Source of the DNA: Camelus dromedarius
Taxonomy: Eukaryota
Assembly (NCBI RefSeq): GCF_036321535.1
Contig: NC_087436.1
Location: forward strand, 28,832,001 to 28,896,000
Length of the DNA stretch: 64,000 nt
Direction of reading: 5' to 3'
Shown here in pieces: positions 1 to 13,069 of this stretch. The notes under the pieces were generated by a model. That model worked only from the letters and a program-made list of their open reading frames with translations. It was not told where the DNA came from and searched no databases. Each line of letters opens with the position of its first letter. Positions within the stretch are counted from its first letter, which is position 1. Both the position numbers and the translations under genes were made by a program.

Positions 1-685
1 AGGTGCAATACAAATTAGGGAATATGCTGTGTCATCAGAATTATCTCTGTGTGTGAACTGAGGGAGTTGCTGTAATTGTAAGTACATGAGGCTTCTAATC
101 CCTCTTCTATCTTTGTTTCTGTCCCTCGGTTTGACTCTGTGTTTACTTAACTATTCCTCCTTTGAGGCAGTCTGTGTCTTGCTTTCAGCGGTCATCCATC
201 GCATGTGTATGTGCGTGCACATGTGCACACTTAGCATAATGTGGCATCTATTTGGCCATGAGCGGTAATCAATATTATCACAAGAGTCGCCTTCTTTTCT
301 GTTTTGTATAAAGTAAGAATTGTTCCTGACCTCCTATGGTGGAGCCAGGGATGGATTTGAGACTTAGCTACAAGAAGGTATCAGACTTCTGTGGCATAAG
401 CCAGAAGTAAGGGTGTTAGGAGCCAGAACCTACAGAAAAGGCATAAAGGAAAAAAGCAAGAATAAGAAAGAAGACACTCATCAGCATCCAAACAAGGGAA
501 CTAAAGCAAGGAAAAAAATACATATTCTGCCCAGCATCTGCTGCCCAGAGTGCCTGTGATTAGGCAAGAATAATGAGACTTTTAAAGAAAATGTTTGTGC
601 TAAAATACCATTTGACTTTGTAGGACATAATAGCAAAGTAAAATTTACAGCGCTGAACGTGTCTCAGAACTGTGAATATAAATAT

Positions 686-1202
686 TGACCAAGATGGCTT
701 AACATTCCCCTCAGCTTGACTAAACTTTAGACAAGTTTCTTCCTGACTTCAGGCCCCTGACCCGCCTTTTCGTGGAGCATTTAGTTTGGAAAACTTGCAA
801 CTATAAATTCTCTCATGGGTCTTTTAAGATACAAATCTTCTCCCAGGTTCTTGCCTGTTTTATTACCCAGGAACATCTTTCTTCATGAAGGACCCTGAAG
901 TCATCCCTTTAAAACATAATCATCAGGGAAGATAGCTACCCTGTCTCCCAGGCTTTGTGGGAGGGTAGGAGCCGAACCCCTAGACACAGCAAAACCAGTT
1001 TAAAAAATGACCTAATCACATTGACCAACCTTCTCCTTAATGTCCTCCAGTACTTTCTGACTAGCTCATCTCAGTGCTTAAAATGTCTCCCACCCTTCCC
1101 TGCAACAGAGTTGAGTTCAATCTCTCTCCTCTACTGCAATAGTCTTAAACAAAGTTTGGTTTTTTTGGGGGGGGGGGGGCTGGCATGATTTTTTCTTTGA
1201 CA
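686..1202 (+). mobile_element. ERV1-class solo LTR, MER67-like
   Basis: Begins TGACCAAGATGGCTTAACATTCCCCTCAGCTTGACTAAACTTTAGACA and ends TTTTCTTTGACA (TG...CA termini). The body matches my recollection of the MER67-group consensus. No clean TSD seen. Confidence 0.7.
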
Positions 1203-1279
1203 TAGTGAATTAGTTTTATATACCACCATCTCTAAAGGAACAAAATTTGATAGAAAAAAATAGATGCAAAACTCATAAT

Positions 1280-1810
1280 TATAAAACAAATAAATGTAAT
1301 TGTAGTGATATATACAGTGTATCACAGGATCACAGGAAGAGAACACCAGTAATTGATATGAACAAAGAATAAAAGCTTTCCGGAGGTGAAATGGAAGTCA
1401 AGTTTTAAAAGGTGAATATTAGAAACAAATAGATCAGTAGATCTACTCCAGCAGAGAAAAAAGCCTAAGCAAAGACCTATGGGTGTTACATACAGTCAAG
1501 AAAACAGAAGTTCATACTTATTTCAGGTTAATAGGCTAGATTAAAACTGATGCTAAAAGGGTTGCAGGGACATACACAGGTGATGTGGAGAATACATTAG
1601 AAGAGGAAGCACTGGAGACAAGGGAACTAATCAAAAATTCTCAAGGAATAACATAAGCCTGAATTAGAGAAATGCCAGTTTGGATGGAAATTTGTGGATA
1701 GATTCAAATAATACAGTCGAGGTAGAATCAATGCACGGTGTTAATTTAATGAATTTGGTCGGCAACAAGATAGAAGACGGAGACAAGGATATTTCATTCT
1801 CCTTTTCAGG
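1280..1810 (-). mobile_element. L2 LINE fragment (old, degraded)
   Basis: Purine-rich tract resembling the antisense L2 3' region (e.g. AAAGCTTTCCGGAGGTGAAATGGAAG; AGTCGAGGTAGAATCAATG). Confidence 0.5.
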
Positions 1811-2124
1811 CTCTTTTATTACATGACAGGTGAATGGTCATGTTTAAAAAGCTCTGACATAGCCCTCTTTGTTTCCCGTGTGCCCTCTCAACATTTCCAT
1901 GGTCTTAAATATCATTTATATGAATTAAGAAGCATGAAAGCTGAAATAAATGTGAAAAAAAATTGTCACCAAGAACAATTTTTAGATTAATAAGTGTCCA
2001 GATGAAGAATGATAAGCATTAGAATTATGACAGTGGAGTCTAGATTAAATGAGCACATAAATCTAAAAGCTGTTTGAAGAATAAAAATTGATAACATTTG
2101 GTGTTGAAGAAAGACTAAAACAAT

Positions 2125-2550
2125 TACATTTATCAAATATCTACATTTGCCAGGCACATCTTAAGTACATACTATCATAACCAAAATCAGGGTAGTTATT
2201 ATTATGGTGATATTAAAAGCTTGGTAATTTGAGGGCCAATGATTCACACACTTGAATATGAATACCCAGCTGTCCACATACTAGCTGTGAAACTTTGGGT
2301 AAGCCACTTAATCTCTTTCATGCCAAAGGCTTTTTCCTCTACTCTAAATTATATAATTTCCTTTTTCTATATCTCTAGAACTTCCTTTTCTGTTAATATG
2401 AGCCCTGGGCATAAAAAAAAAAAAAGAAGACGTGCACTTAGAAAATTTGACCTGGCAGCTTAAGTAATTTGCCCAAGGTCATTTAGTGAATCAGTGGTAG
2501 ATATAAGGGTAAGAAGCTATAATTCCTACTCCAATTTCCTGCCTGAACCA
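2125..2550. mobile_element. MIR SINE fragments in both orientations
   Basis: MIR core on + at ~2255-2330 (CTAGCTGTGAAACTTTGGGTAAGCCACTTAATCTCT) and on - at ~2460-2530 (AAGTAATTTGCCCAAGGTCA). Confidence 0.6.
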
Positions 2551-3644
2551 TTAGATAGCTCCATCTGTTTTGATTCCATCATTAATATGAAGTCATATTT
2601 CTGTCTCTTAATAGAAATGAACTGATCTACTGGCTAAAAGTGCAGTGTGAAAAAGAATTTCCATAGCTTTAAATGTATTATTATGCCTCACAAGTACAAC
2701 TTTGAAGGTGGTCCTGTTATATATTTAATTAACCTTAAAAAGGCTTTATATACCTGTCTTTAATTATACCTATAATAAAAGAAAAAATGTTCTCATTAAC
2801 GTGAGTATCAAATGAACCTTTTTATGCTAAACATTTAGTTAGGCATTTGATATTTTGCTAATAAGTCATGGCAACATTTTGAAATGATAAAACGTTCATT
2901 AAAGCCTGCTTAAGATAAAAGTAACACACTACATTAATTTGATCCGATTAATGTTAGCACAATGCACAATGATACATTGATAATGACTGGCCACTTTTCT
3001 TATGTGTTAACCAGTATAGTCTTATACAGTAAATGAAACAGATAGCTCCTGTAATGCCACGGTTCATTATTAATTCAACTAATTAAATGTGTGTTACACA
3101 AACCATTAATAACTTGATAATTCACCTCTCTTGGATGTTATCAAATACTTAAAATAAAAGATAAATTTACATGTTTAAATGTTTCCTGTCTGTGATACCT
3201 ATTTTCTATGACTAGGCAAAAAGAATTTTTCTGTTTTGTCTAGTGTGTTGGAATAGGATGTTTCTAAGATATTTGCAAATTTTTAAATATTATATGACAT
3301 TTTTGCATTATTGACATTTGAAACTTCAATCTTATTTATATAAGACTAGTGTCAGACTTTTTTGACAATACTGGTCAAATCTTATCTTTCAGTTTTGTGT
3401 GATGTATTTAGGTCATCAAAACCAATTTGAGTTCTATTTCTCCAAATTGCTTATATGCACTGATAACGTATTCCCACAAATTCCAAATCATTACTTTATC
3501 TGCCAGTAAATGCTATAAAAGTACCACTAGTATATGCATGAAAACTTTCAAAAAACACAAAATATAAGGATTTTCATATTTTCCAACAATGGACTTCAAA
3601 AATAAGCCAATGGAATCTTGTCCAATTTAAAGTTCAACTTATTT

Positions 3645-3800
3645 TAATTCAACAAATATTTACTGAGTTACTTGCACTGTTCCAGTTTTTAGGTTCCAGT
3701 TCCAGGCACTGTTCTAGGTTTTAGGTGTTAATCAAGTAAGAAAACAGTAAAGATCTCATTCTCATCCAACTTAAAAACTTCGGGGTAAAGTAGGCTACAA
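3645..3800 (-). mobile_element. L2 3' end
   Basis: ATTCAACAAATATTTACTGAG...CCAGGCACTGTTCTAGG is the characteristic antisense L2 terminus. Confidence 0.7.
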
Positions 3801-3814
3801 ACAACAAAGATTAT

Positions 3815-3964
3815 AAACCCAAATGTCTTTTCACTGATAGAATGAACAAATAAATTGTCATATGTTATACAATGAAAATTGTACAGCAGTGAAAAGTAAA
3901 ACACTACAGATGGATGAAGCATCATGGGCGAGTTTCCTAAAAATACTATGGAGTGAAAGAAGGT

Positions 3965-4004
<40 letters not shown>

Positions 4005-4075
4005 ACTAGTGCATATAAAATTCAAAACTCACACAAGTTAATTCAAGTATGAGAAGTCAGGGTAGTAATAACTTT
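3815..4075 (+). mobile_element. Old L1 (L1ME-like) 3' UTR fragment
   Basis: AAACCCAAATGTC...GAATGAACAAATAAATTGTCATATG...AGAAGTCAGGGTAGTAATAAC resembles an L1ME 3' UTR. Confidence 0.6.
3967..3999. repeat. (AC)n microsatellite, ~16 units
   Basis: Seen directly. Confidence 0.95.
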
Positions 4076-4324
4076 TAAAAAAAGAAGAAGCCAGATCCTT
4101 TACTAGAAACATTTACTATCAAGAAAAATAAAAGGCCCCAAAATTATGCATTAGCTTGATCATACCAATCCAGAATTCTCTCCTGATCCCCAAAACTTAC
4201 TTTCCCAATCTCAAGGAAAAGAAGATATATTTATGAGAGTGTGGTCTAACTCTACATTAAAAAAAGCTGAGAAAAAAGAAAGAAACATTATTGTAAATAT
4301 TGCACAAAGAACCAAATCATTCAG

Positions 4325-4430
4325 CTCTTGTCCCAGCACCGTACCTTACATGCTTTGAGATTTGGGGTTAATCTATCAGTGACTTTGAGCCTCACTTCTT
4401 CAACTGAAAAATGGAACCAATGCTTCCTGT
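4325..4430 (+). mobile_element. MIR fragment
   Basis: CTTTGAGCCTCACTTCTTCAACTGAAAAATGG resembles the MIR core. Confidence 0.5.
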
Positions 4431-4659
4431 TCTTTTTAGTTTGTGGGTGTAGCTCATATAATTTACTCTCAAGCCAAAAACACAGTTAAATAAAATACTC
4501 TTTTCCTGTAACTTAAATTCTGACTCAAGTCATCATACAACTGTTGGCTGCTAAGTATAAACTTAATATTAGATAATGAATAGTTTTCTTAGTCTTTTAT
4601 AATTTTCTCACTTCCTGCTTCCTTGTCTACCTCCTATGTTACATGGTCTTACCTAAGAT

Positions 4660-5933
4660 TGGTGAAATAAAAATCCACATTTTAAGACAAGACAGAAAAA
4701 AGTTAAACATAAAACTTTTTCATTGCCCTTTGGACTCCTCTCTCTGCTATACCGTGCATTGTGCACCTTCATTAAGTGTTAACCAGACCTCCCCAAAGGC
4801 AGAGATACCTGCTCAACCATAAAGATCAACTTCTCTTCTTCTGACGCCAGCCATGTAGTTTCTCAGAAAACAACATTCCTTTCACAATCCTGTAAGGGGT
4901 CATGATGACCCACCATCTGCCTTGTACATGCAGACATCTTCAGTGAACTTTATATACAATTCCAATATATCACTTCCATTAAAGACAGTGATTGGTGCAG
5001 AATAGACTGGTCAAACTGGGGAGGTACTGGGCTGCACATAATGGAAGTTTTAGCTTAAATACTTATGACCTTATTAATATTTCTAGCTATATTACTTGTA
5101 TTCTGCCTATTTTACAAGATTATTGTTTATTGCATTACCAAATGTGTAACTGAGCCTCAGATAAAATTAATGACAATTAGATGACTTGAAACAATTGATC
5201 AAAAATATGATTCTATAAGATTAATCACTGTAATAGTGTAACTCTAGATGGGGGGAAGAAGCAACAAGAGGGAACCAGTTTCTGGACCATAACAGACTAG
5301 TTAGACAGGTGGTCCAGAGGCCTTCAGTTACTGTTAACAAGACCTAATCCAGTAATAGCACATTGATTGGCCTATCAACAAAATGCTCACCTGACCTGGG
5401 AATGAGAATTCCTGGCACCGCAGGATTAATTGGTCATGAAATGCCTCCCAAACCTTGGTCAAAATTAAGGCCAAAAGGGAAGGAATTGCCCACCATCCAG
5501 TTCTAGAAGAATCGAGTCATTAGCCACTGCAGTCACTGACCTAAAACACACCCTCAGAAGAATTCAAGGTGAGGATCTGGTTGAGGCACTCTGTGCTCTG
5601 GGAAAACTGGCAGAACAGGCCCTCAGATAGTTAGATATTTTCAAAAGAAAATTTTATGAACCCAGTTTCTTGCACCTTCCCCTACTTAAAAAAGCACTAA
5701 AACCATAATTAGATGTCTGCTCGTCTTGACTAGAAGCAATCATATACTGAGCTGTGTGTTCAATTGCAGGCATCCCCTTCACTAACATCACATCTATACT
5801 CGCCTCCCCCTTTACCTCTTCAGAGCAGTTCCCAGAGCTCTCTGAGGGACTGTCTCCTGGTTTATAATCTTCACTCAAATACAATTTTCCATTTCTTTCT
5901 TAGATTCACTATTGATTAAATTTTTTGTTGGCA
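4660..5933 (+). mobile_element. Long (~1.27 kb) ERV1-type solo LTR, probably lineage-specific
   Basis: Approximate TG...CA termini (ends TTTTTTGTTGGCA). The 3' part CCCCTTTACCTCTTCAGAGCAGTTCCCAGAGCTCTCTGAGGGACTGTCTCC is typical of ERV1/MER4-group LTR R-U5 regions. Family not assigned. Confidence 0.6.
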
Positions 5934-8900
5934 GAATATACAAACCTTTGGATATGTGCAGTCATTATCTGTCCAGTGGTCTTACATTTTAAGATGTCTC
6001 TGTTTCCTCCATGAGCTTTCATTCCCAGCATCTGTTCCCTCTGGCATCTAATAAGATACCCATAGCCAGAGCATCACATACACTGTGACTTTATACCAGA
6101 TCCTCTGGCTCTCTCCTGGAACGTTTAGGCTTCTCTGTAAGGTGACTGCATGTTCTGTTTTCCCTGGACTGGATGGTTACTGGTGGATTAATAATCATCC
6201 ACCCTTTTATTCTAAGAATTTTCTCAGTTTGAATAATAAATGTTATCTTCTCATTTGAATATTCTCCCTAATTTGAGCCATAGGGATTGGAAAGTTTTTC
6301 AGGTCCTCTCTGCCTGAATCTTTCCTGACACTGTGTCATCAATCCTGCCTTCACAGGATGTTGCCATAAGAGATGTTTCTACAAGACTCCCCATTTCTCA
6401 GAGTGTCAATGTCAACTGAGACCCAGGGCTCTAGCAACCTTTTATTCAAGCCAAAGCCTATCTGGGGTTTTACTGTTTCTGACTGCCTGAAGAGGGAGTG
6501 TCTGATAGGCACGGCCCAATTTCTCAATTTATGTCAGCCAATAACTAATTGCTTTCCCTTATCTTTCTAGTTTTTGCTTGGTAAGGAAATGGAGAGATTG
6601 GCTTTTGCAAAAAAAAAAAAATTAGTAGCTGAAGCCCTAGGCTTTGATTCCTTTGGGGGTTTGCTTTTGATATGTAAAAAACAGGCTTTCTAAATTCCAA
6701 AACATTTTCTGTCTCAAAAAGATTTGCCCTTGCACATCAAAACTCTGCTTTTCAAGGCTATTCAGATACTTAGAAGTGTGTAATTTGACTCAGTTCTTTG
6801 CACTCTGTTACAGAAATCCCCACATGAGGCAATAGCCCCAGACAACTTAGCCAAAGCAACAGATTAAAAGAACCACATCATCTCCGTTGGTGTGTGTGGA
6901 TCTGTGTATGTGTTCATGTATGTGTGCATTTTTTTCTTTTTCTAACATATCAGATAGAGATCAAGTGAAATATTGTATGTGAAAAGGTCGTCTTCATAAA
7001 ACTGGTCATGAAGTGATCAAACGACAGATCCAGAGCCATCATTATTGATGAAGGGTTATTTAATTTATTAGAAAGGACATGCTGTGGAGCTAGGGAAGAA
7101 CAGGGTAATTATTTTCAGCTCTTAAGCTGAATAAAAACTTGCTCCCAGCCCAAAGGATTAAAAATATTGTTCACACACTCATAACAGCAGAAGGCAGGTT
7201 GTGGATGTAAGAACGCAGCCGGCAGATAAAATTCCATCAATCACAGTAATTCAGAATGTTCAGGTTAGAGACAGAGGCTAAGAGACGCAACTTCACCATT
7301 AAATAGTAAAACAGGAAGCCAGCATTTTGCATACTATATTGGAAGGAAGCAAAACTGCCCGGAGAAGACAATTGAAAAAGATGAGGTGTTTCAAAGACTG
7401 TGCTTTGACCCAGTGTCTAAGCAGAGACTGAGACCCCTGAGGCAGACATTCAGCCTAGAGAGCAAAGCACAAGAACTTTACTTGAATCTTCACAAAAGGA
7501 TCCTATCAACCTTGAAAAAGAAGCATCAAGAACAAATTAAAAAATAAATTATTCAGATAGTTACACCAAAACATTAGGGAGGAAAATTAGAGCATGTCCT
7601 ACTGCATGTCTTTTTTTATTAAAACAATATGTATGTATTTGGCAATGTGTGTTTCTCATTTCAAATAGTGCAGTAATTTCAATAAACTATTTTGCAGTTT
7701 TCATAAAAATTTACAACTTTCAGCTAATATTGTACATAGTTACTTGGGTGAAGGGATTCTGTCTAGCTCTAATAATAAAGATTTTTTTCACCTAACATAG
7801 GCTAAATCCATTAATTAGCAATTGTTACCTAAAGTAAATTTTATCCTTTCTGTGCTATACTCTAATAAATACAAAGTACTAAGTGAATTAAAGAAATAAT
7901 AATACAATAGCATAAAATGATAATCACATTAAAAGATCTCAGCATGGCCCGTTTAACGTAACAAATTTTACTTCGAATCCCCCCTTCACAGAGTCCCTTT
8001 CAGAACTCTCAGATGGCACAAACCTTGTTAGAGCAAAATCCATGAAACGCATGACAGCGGGGCATTCTTCTTCCTTCCATCCAGAGCCCCTGCATCTTGA
8101 GTATCCTTCTGAGATGAAACTCTAACAGACTACCCTTCTTCTTGAACCCTTGACCTCATATCCTTTAAGTGGATAAGGTATTAGTGTATCAATATTTTAT
8201 TGAAATCCTATAATAAGCAACATACGCATTACATTTCTAGGATAAGGAAGGGGACCGTTTTAGTAACAGGAATTAGCACGGTATTGAGTAGGAGGACATT
8301 TGACTCCATGGGTCATTCTTCATAAGTCAAAATTCATTTAGTAATAGTAAAGCAGAAGAATGTGGGTAAGGGATCAATAAATAATGTACTCTCTTCAAGC
8401 TATAGGAGACACAAATAGGATTAAATCAATCACAATGAAGTTTATGTTTATAATATATTCTAATTTATTTTTAAAAAGCAATACCTGAAATGTCAATGGT
8501 GAGTCGGGAGGCAGGGGAGCTCAGGAGGTGATGTGACTTCACTGGGGATGACTTTGCATATCTCTGACTGCAATGGCAGAGATGGTGTTAATTTTAAAAC
8601 TAGGGGCTTTGCAATGGTTCAATAACTCTGTAGGCATCATCCGGGAATACTACCCTCCTTGTCCTTGACAGCAAGTATTATTCAGTTTTCAGGAAAAAGC
8701 TCAAGTCCTAGTTCCTTCAAGACATTTGATTTGTTTTGTCTCTTCTGACCTCTAGTGATCACTTTGTTCTTTAAGCTCCTACATTTCAGGACCACACCAT
8801 TTGCTCTGTGATTTTACATTGTGAATTTTTGGCCTTAATAGCATAATGTAAGTTTGCAGTTTCATCTGCATAACCATAAGAATTTTGAACTCAGTGAATA

Positions 8901-9264
8901 TGTCTTACATTTCCTTTTATTCTACAAAATACCCTAAACAGTGAGGGTTGCACAGAAATTGCATAAAAATATATATAACAGAAATGGTTGGACTGTACTA
9001 AACGAGCAATGTATGACTAGAAGTTAGAAGAATATTGGGTTATAAGGCATGGTTTCTCAGATTTCCCAGGCAATATTTTTGACCTCTCTAGCAGAACAAA
9101 TGTCTCCTTAATTAGGATTAATATACAAAATAGCATTAGATCAACCTTGTCAATAATGTCATTTCTTTGATGACACAGCTCAAACACAGCTCACTGTAAG
9201 AACTCTCCTGAAGTATATTAACTCGGGAAACTTGCAGCGTCGTAAGTAGCATTATGAGGGGCAA

Positions 9265-9640
9265 CCACCCATGGAGCGCCAGGCTGTGTGCTAGGTGTGA
9301 GGCATTCCAAACGGTATCGAAAAAGGGCACCACGCCTTACGCCTTACATGCCTTATGATTCTTGACAGTTTGCTACGGAACAGACATAATAAATACTGGC
9401 TATGAGTGAAATGCATATACGTTAAGTGAAAGAAGTATCAGTGGACCTTTTTCATATTTTTGATCCAAGAACATCTCTATCAGAAAGCAATATTTAAGCC
9501 CTGGATTGAAGAAACAGATGGAGCTAGGAAAAAAAAAAAAGAAAAGAAAAGAAAAAGAAACTGCAAAGATAGGGAAGGATTACGTATGTTTTAGAGTAAA
9601 TAAAAGGTGGACTGAAGCTTAGTGCAAAGGAGGAGGGTAT
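9265..9640 (-). mobile_element. L2 fragment with an embedded A/AAAAG tract
   Basis: GCCAGGCTGTGTGCTAGGTG start is L2-like; A-rich run at 9529-9560. Confidence 0.4.
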
Positions 9641-9659
9641 GAGAGAAGGTTGACATATT

Positions 9660-10350
9660 ATCTATTCCTCATTCATATTGTTCCTTGAAAGATCACATGT
9701 TTCAGGCACACTGCTTGTTATTGGGAAGACAACAGTGACACTTGTCAAGTATTACCTACTAGGTTTTTGTTCGAGTTTATACTCTAGTAGTAGAGACATA
9801 TGTCAACCAAGTGATCGACTGAAGAGTGATCGAGTTGGATTCTTTTCAAAATTGAAGCTGAGTTAACTGCAAAGATAAATAGTATGACTCATTTTAAGTA
9901 TAGGACAAGGAATATGTCTACATTGGTAATTTGCAATGATGCAACAAAGGAACAGTCTTAAATTGGGAGGTCAGTAAACGTTTCCCTGAGAGAAATTCTT
10001 AAACTGAGGTTGAAATTAAAAATGGGAGCTAGTATGAAAATGGGGATTTAAAGGAAAGAGCATGTGGAAGAATGTGGGAGGGAGCATATTTCTAAGAAAT
10101 CAGTATTAGGTCAGTGTAGCTGGGGTACAGGGAACAAGATGGAGAACGCCTCAGGAGCCATATGCAGTATCTTCTAGACCACGTGAAAGATTTATGTATG
10201 TAGAAGATATATGTGTGTGTATATATATATATAGTATATATATGAAATTTATATATACTTTGTCTCTTTGGATTACAAGGAAGCCATTGAAGTATTTTAA
10301 GCAGGAGCAATGACATGATCAAATTTGCATTTTGAAAAGATCATTAGAAC
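9660..10350 (-). mobile_element. L2 LINE 3' region
   Basis: Ends in the recognisable L2 segment GGAAGCCATTGAAGTATTTTAAGCAGGAGCAATGACATGATCAAATTTGCATTTTGAAAAGATCA. Confidence 0.7.
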
Positions 10351-11407
10351 TTTCTATGACAAGCAGATAGGAAAAAATGCTCTGAGGGAATCTGTCCTTT
10401 ACCACTAGATTGGTACAAAAGGTCAAGAGGGAAAAAAATGTGACCAAAATAACATATTTTATATAAAATCGGCCTCAGCTAAAGAAAGATCTGAGGGAGA
10501 TTAGTTTTAGAAGTGAGGTGCGTCTCAGAGAGGAGGCTGTTATTGGCTTCCCCTGTCCTAGGAGTTCAATGAACAAGGGACCAGGGACTGCTTTTAAAAT
10601 TCTGGACTAGAATGGGAACTCAGTCATCTTTAAAAATGGGGTAAGTTTAAGGCAACTGCACAAGGGTACTTGTTTACCACTGCACATAGGAAAAAACAGA
10701 ACATTTCCCAGCATCAGTGAAATTCAAGCAACATTGGCAGCTTAAGAAAATGACTCACTCCCTCTTGACCAGTCCCAGGGGAGAAACAGAAATTCACCTA
10801 GGCTTGGGGGAAAACCAAATAAAAGCAAATATGCATGCTTCTTGAAACAAGATGAGAGAGAAGAGCTGGTCTGAAAGAGCCTGAGATTTCAGTGTCCTGA
10901 GGTCCCAATAAGTGGAGGATGAGATAAGGACTGTCCCCATGTTCCGTCATGAGACGACCAAAAGGGTTAAGAGAAAACTGATGCCTTGAAATAATTTGTG
11001 AATTGGGGTTGCAGCATGTGTGCACCGATGGCTGAAAGCCACAGCAGGATTCCCGATAACCCAGTGCTCCGTGCATGAAATGCAGGATCTTGCTGATGCC
11101 ACGGATGTCTTCTCTGAGGAGACTTTGTCTAGAGAATGACCACAGACCAGACGCTTCCCCTGATGATATGATGTTGGTGCTCCCAGAACGTAACAGCCAT
11201 TCTCTGAGAAAGAATCCTCTGAGCAAGGAAATCCTGAATGGAGTAAAATAAATTTAGAAGTTTCTATTTTTTTTCACAACTGGAAACATGGTTGAAATAT
11301 CTTAAGTCTAGTCTGTAACTGTGTCAGCCTAATGGGATGGATAGCATTTCCATATTAACAAACATTTTCCCAGTGATTTCCTATCACCAGTAACCTCTCA
11401 CCTTTCA

Positions 11408-11886
11408 GGCAGCAGTGAGGACTTTCTTCAAAACTTTATTTATCTCCCCAACTTCCTCACCCAGCTCTGTCCAGAAGGATGACCTCCAGATACCACATGT
11501 ACTGCTTCCCGTGCCCTCTGGTTTCCTGTTGCTCTCCTCAAAGGAGCCTTGTAGGAGAAAGGCAGAGGGAAAAGGTGTGCGAGATCAGAGTATTTTTCCT
11601 GAGCTCTTGATGATGGCATTCCTGAAGAATAATAATTTGGAGTGGATTTATTTTGAGAACTAATTATCTACAGAGCGGAAGGTAGGCAGGAACCCCCCGA
11701 GGTAGTACGGTAACCTTAGCTTAGCTGCAGCTTTGCAGGTAAGCAGTTAGGACACCAAGTGAAAAGCACGGAGGCTGGGTGCACTTCCTGGGAACCGGAA
11801 GGAGAGTGTGGGGGCAGTTTATGACCTTGACAGAAGCAGTGACTTGGGTCACAGCTAGCTCCAGGCAACCCTGCAGGAAAAGAGCT
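11408..11886. mobile_element. LTR33 (ERV-L) solo LTR with an inverted 3' half
   Basis: 11455-11600 matches the recalled LTR33 5' half on + (CCCAGCTCTGTCC...TGCCCTCTGGTTTCCTGTTG...GAGATCAGAGTATTTTTCC). 11610-11886 matches the reverse complement of the LTR33 3' half. Confidence 0.7.
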
Positions 11887-12179
11887 AAGAGGTAAGCAAG
11901 GAAGCAAAGGACGAGATCTACCACAAACCGCCTTCAGAGGAGGGTTGCTAGAGCCTGTAAGCCGAGAATCTTAACTTTTAGGTCTCTAAATTGGAGTTTT
12001 TGAAGCTCTGTGCAGAAACAACAATTTGAGAGAAAACAAAATCTGGCTTAATCTGGCTTTGAATGCCAAAATGACATGTATGCCATAAACAATACATTTG
12101 GGAAGAATGCTTGACAATATGAGATAATTTTCACATTCTAGACTTGATAAAGCATCTACATGCTAGCAATGACAAACAG

Positions 12180-13040
12180 GACTTGACACCATTATGACAG
12201 GTTCTGTGCCTCACGCAGCTCAACGACCATCGCACAGGAATACTGGAGCACCTTTTTCATCTGTGGGATCCATGAGTGTCCGCCACTAACGCTGCCCTTT
12301 GGAACTGGAACTCTGGGAGGAGGGTGGCTGTCGCCATAGGCGTGGCCTGTACCCTCACTGTGTGGGGGAAGGAGAACAGAGGGAGATGCATCTGAAATTG
12401 GCCAGGGAGGGCATGCTGACAGCCTGAGGCCCCCGAGGCCTGACAACAACATAGAGGAACAGTAGAAATATTTCATGCTCCCAAAAAGGTGAGGCAAAGT
12501 AGCCAGAGGAGAAAACTACCAGCCTAAAAGGGGTCTCATAATGATGGTAAGGTCATCGTAGCTTAAGATACTAGAGTGGACCACATGAACAAAAGGCCGG
12601 ATGAAGATGCAATGACCTCAGTGACACATCTCCACCCCCACCTGCACTCCCACCCCAGTGGAGAAATGTTAAACAGCTAAGGGGCAGAAATTATGAAGTC
12701 CAGAAGTCATGATGAGTGATTGTATATAGTAGGAGATATTTGTGCAGGAGAGTTTAAGAAACACCCAAGTCTCAGAATTTAAAATCAATTTGGCGAGTAA
12801 AAGAGAGGGAAGGAAGAAATATAGAATTTGACCAAGTTCCAACTATAATGAATAAGATCATTCAAAGTATTGAATGAGCCTTACCTGAAAATGACTAAAT
12901 TAAAGGCTTCTGCGTTGACACTTACTTTGATTTTTCACCCCCTCCCCTCAAAATACACTGTGGGAAACACACTTATAGGAAAATGAATAAAGCTGTGGTT
13001 TTATACACCTTTGTTTGTGGCTAGTAAAATACTTCACTGG
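12180..13040 (+). mobile_element. Ancient LTR remnant, possibly Gypsy-type (MamGypLTR-like); may extend upstream to ~10450
   Basis: G-rich body ending GAATAAAGCTGTGGTTTTATACACCTTTGTTTGTGGCTAGTAAAATAC, resembling the polyA/U5 end of MamGypLTR-type elements. Weak recall only. Confidence 0.35.
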
Positions 13041-13069
13041 CATTTGGATTTGAAGGCATTCATGGATGG

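Noticed and set aside
10798..11226. Longest ORF in the track (142 aa)
   Set aside because: Non-ATG start, no recognisable domain, and it lies in probable LTR-derived sequence.
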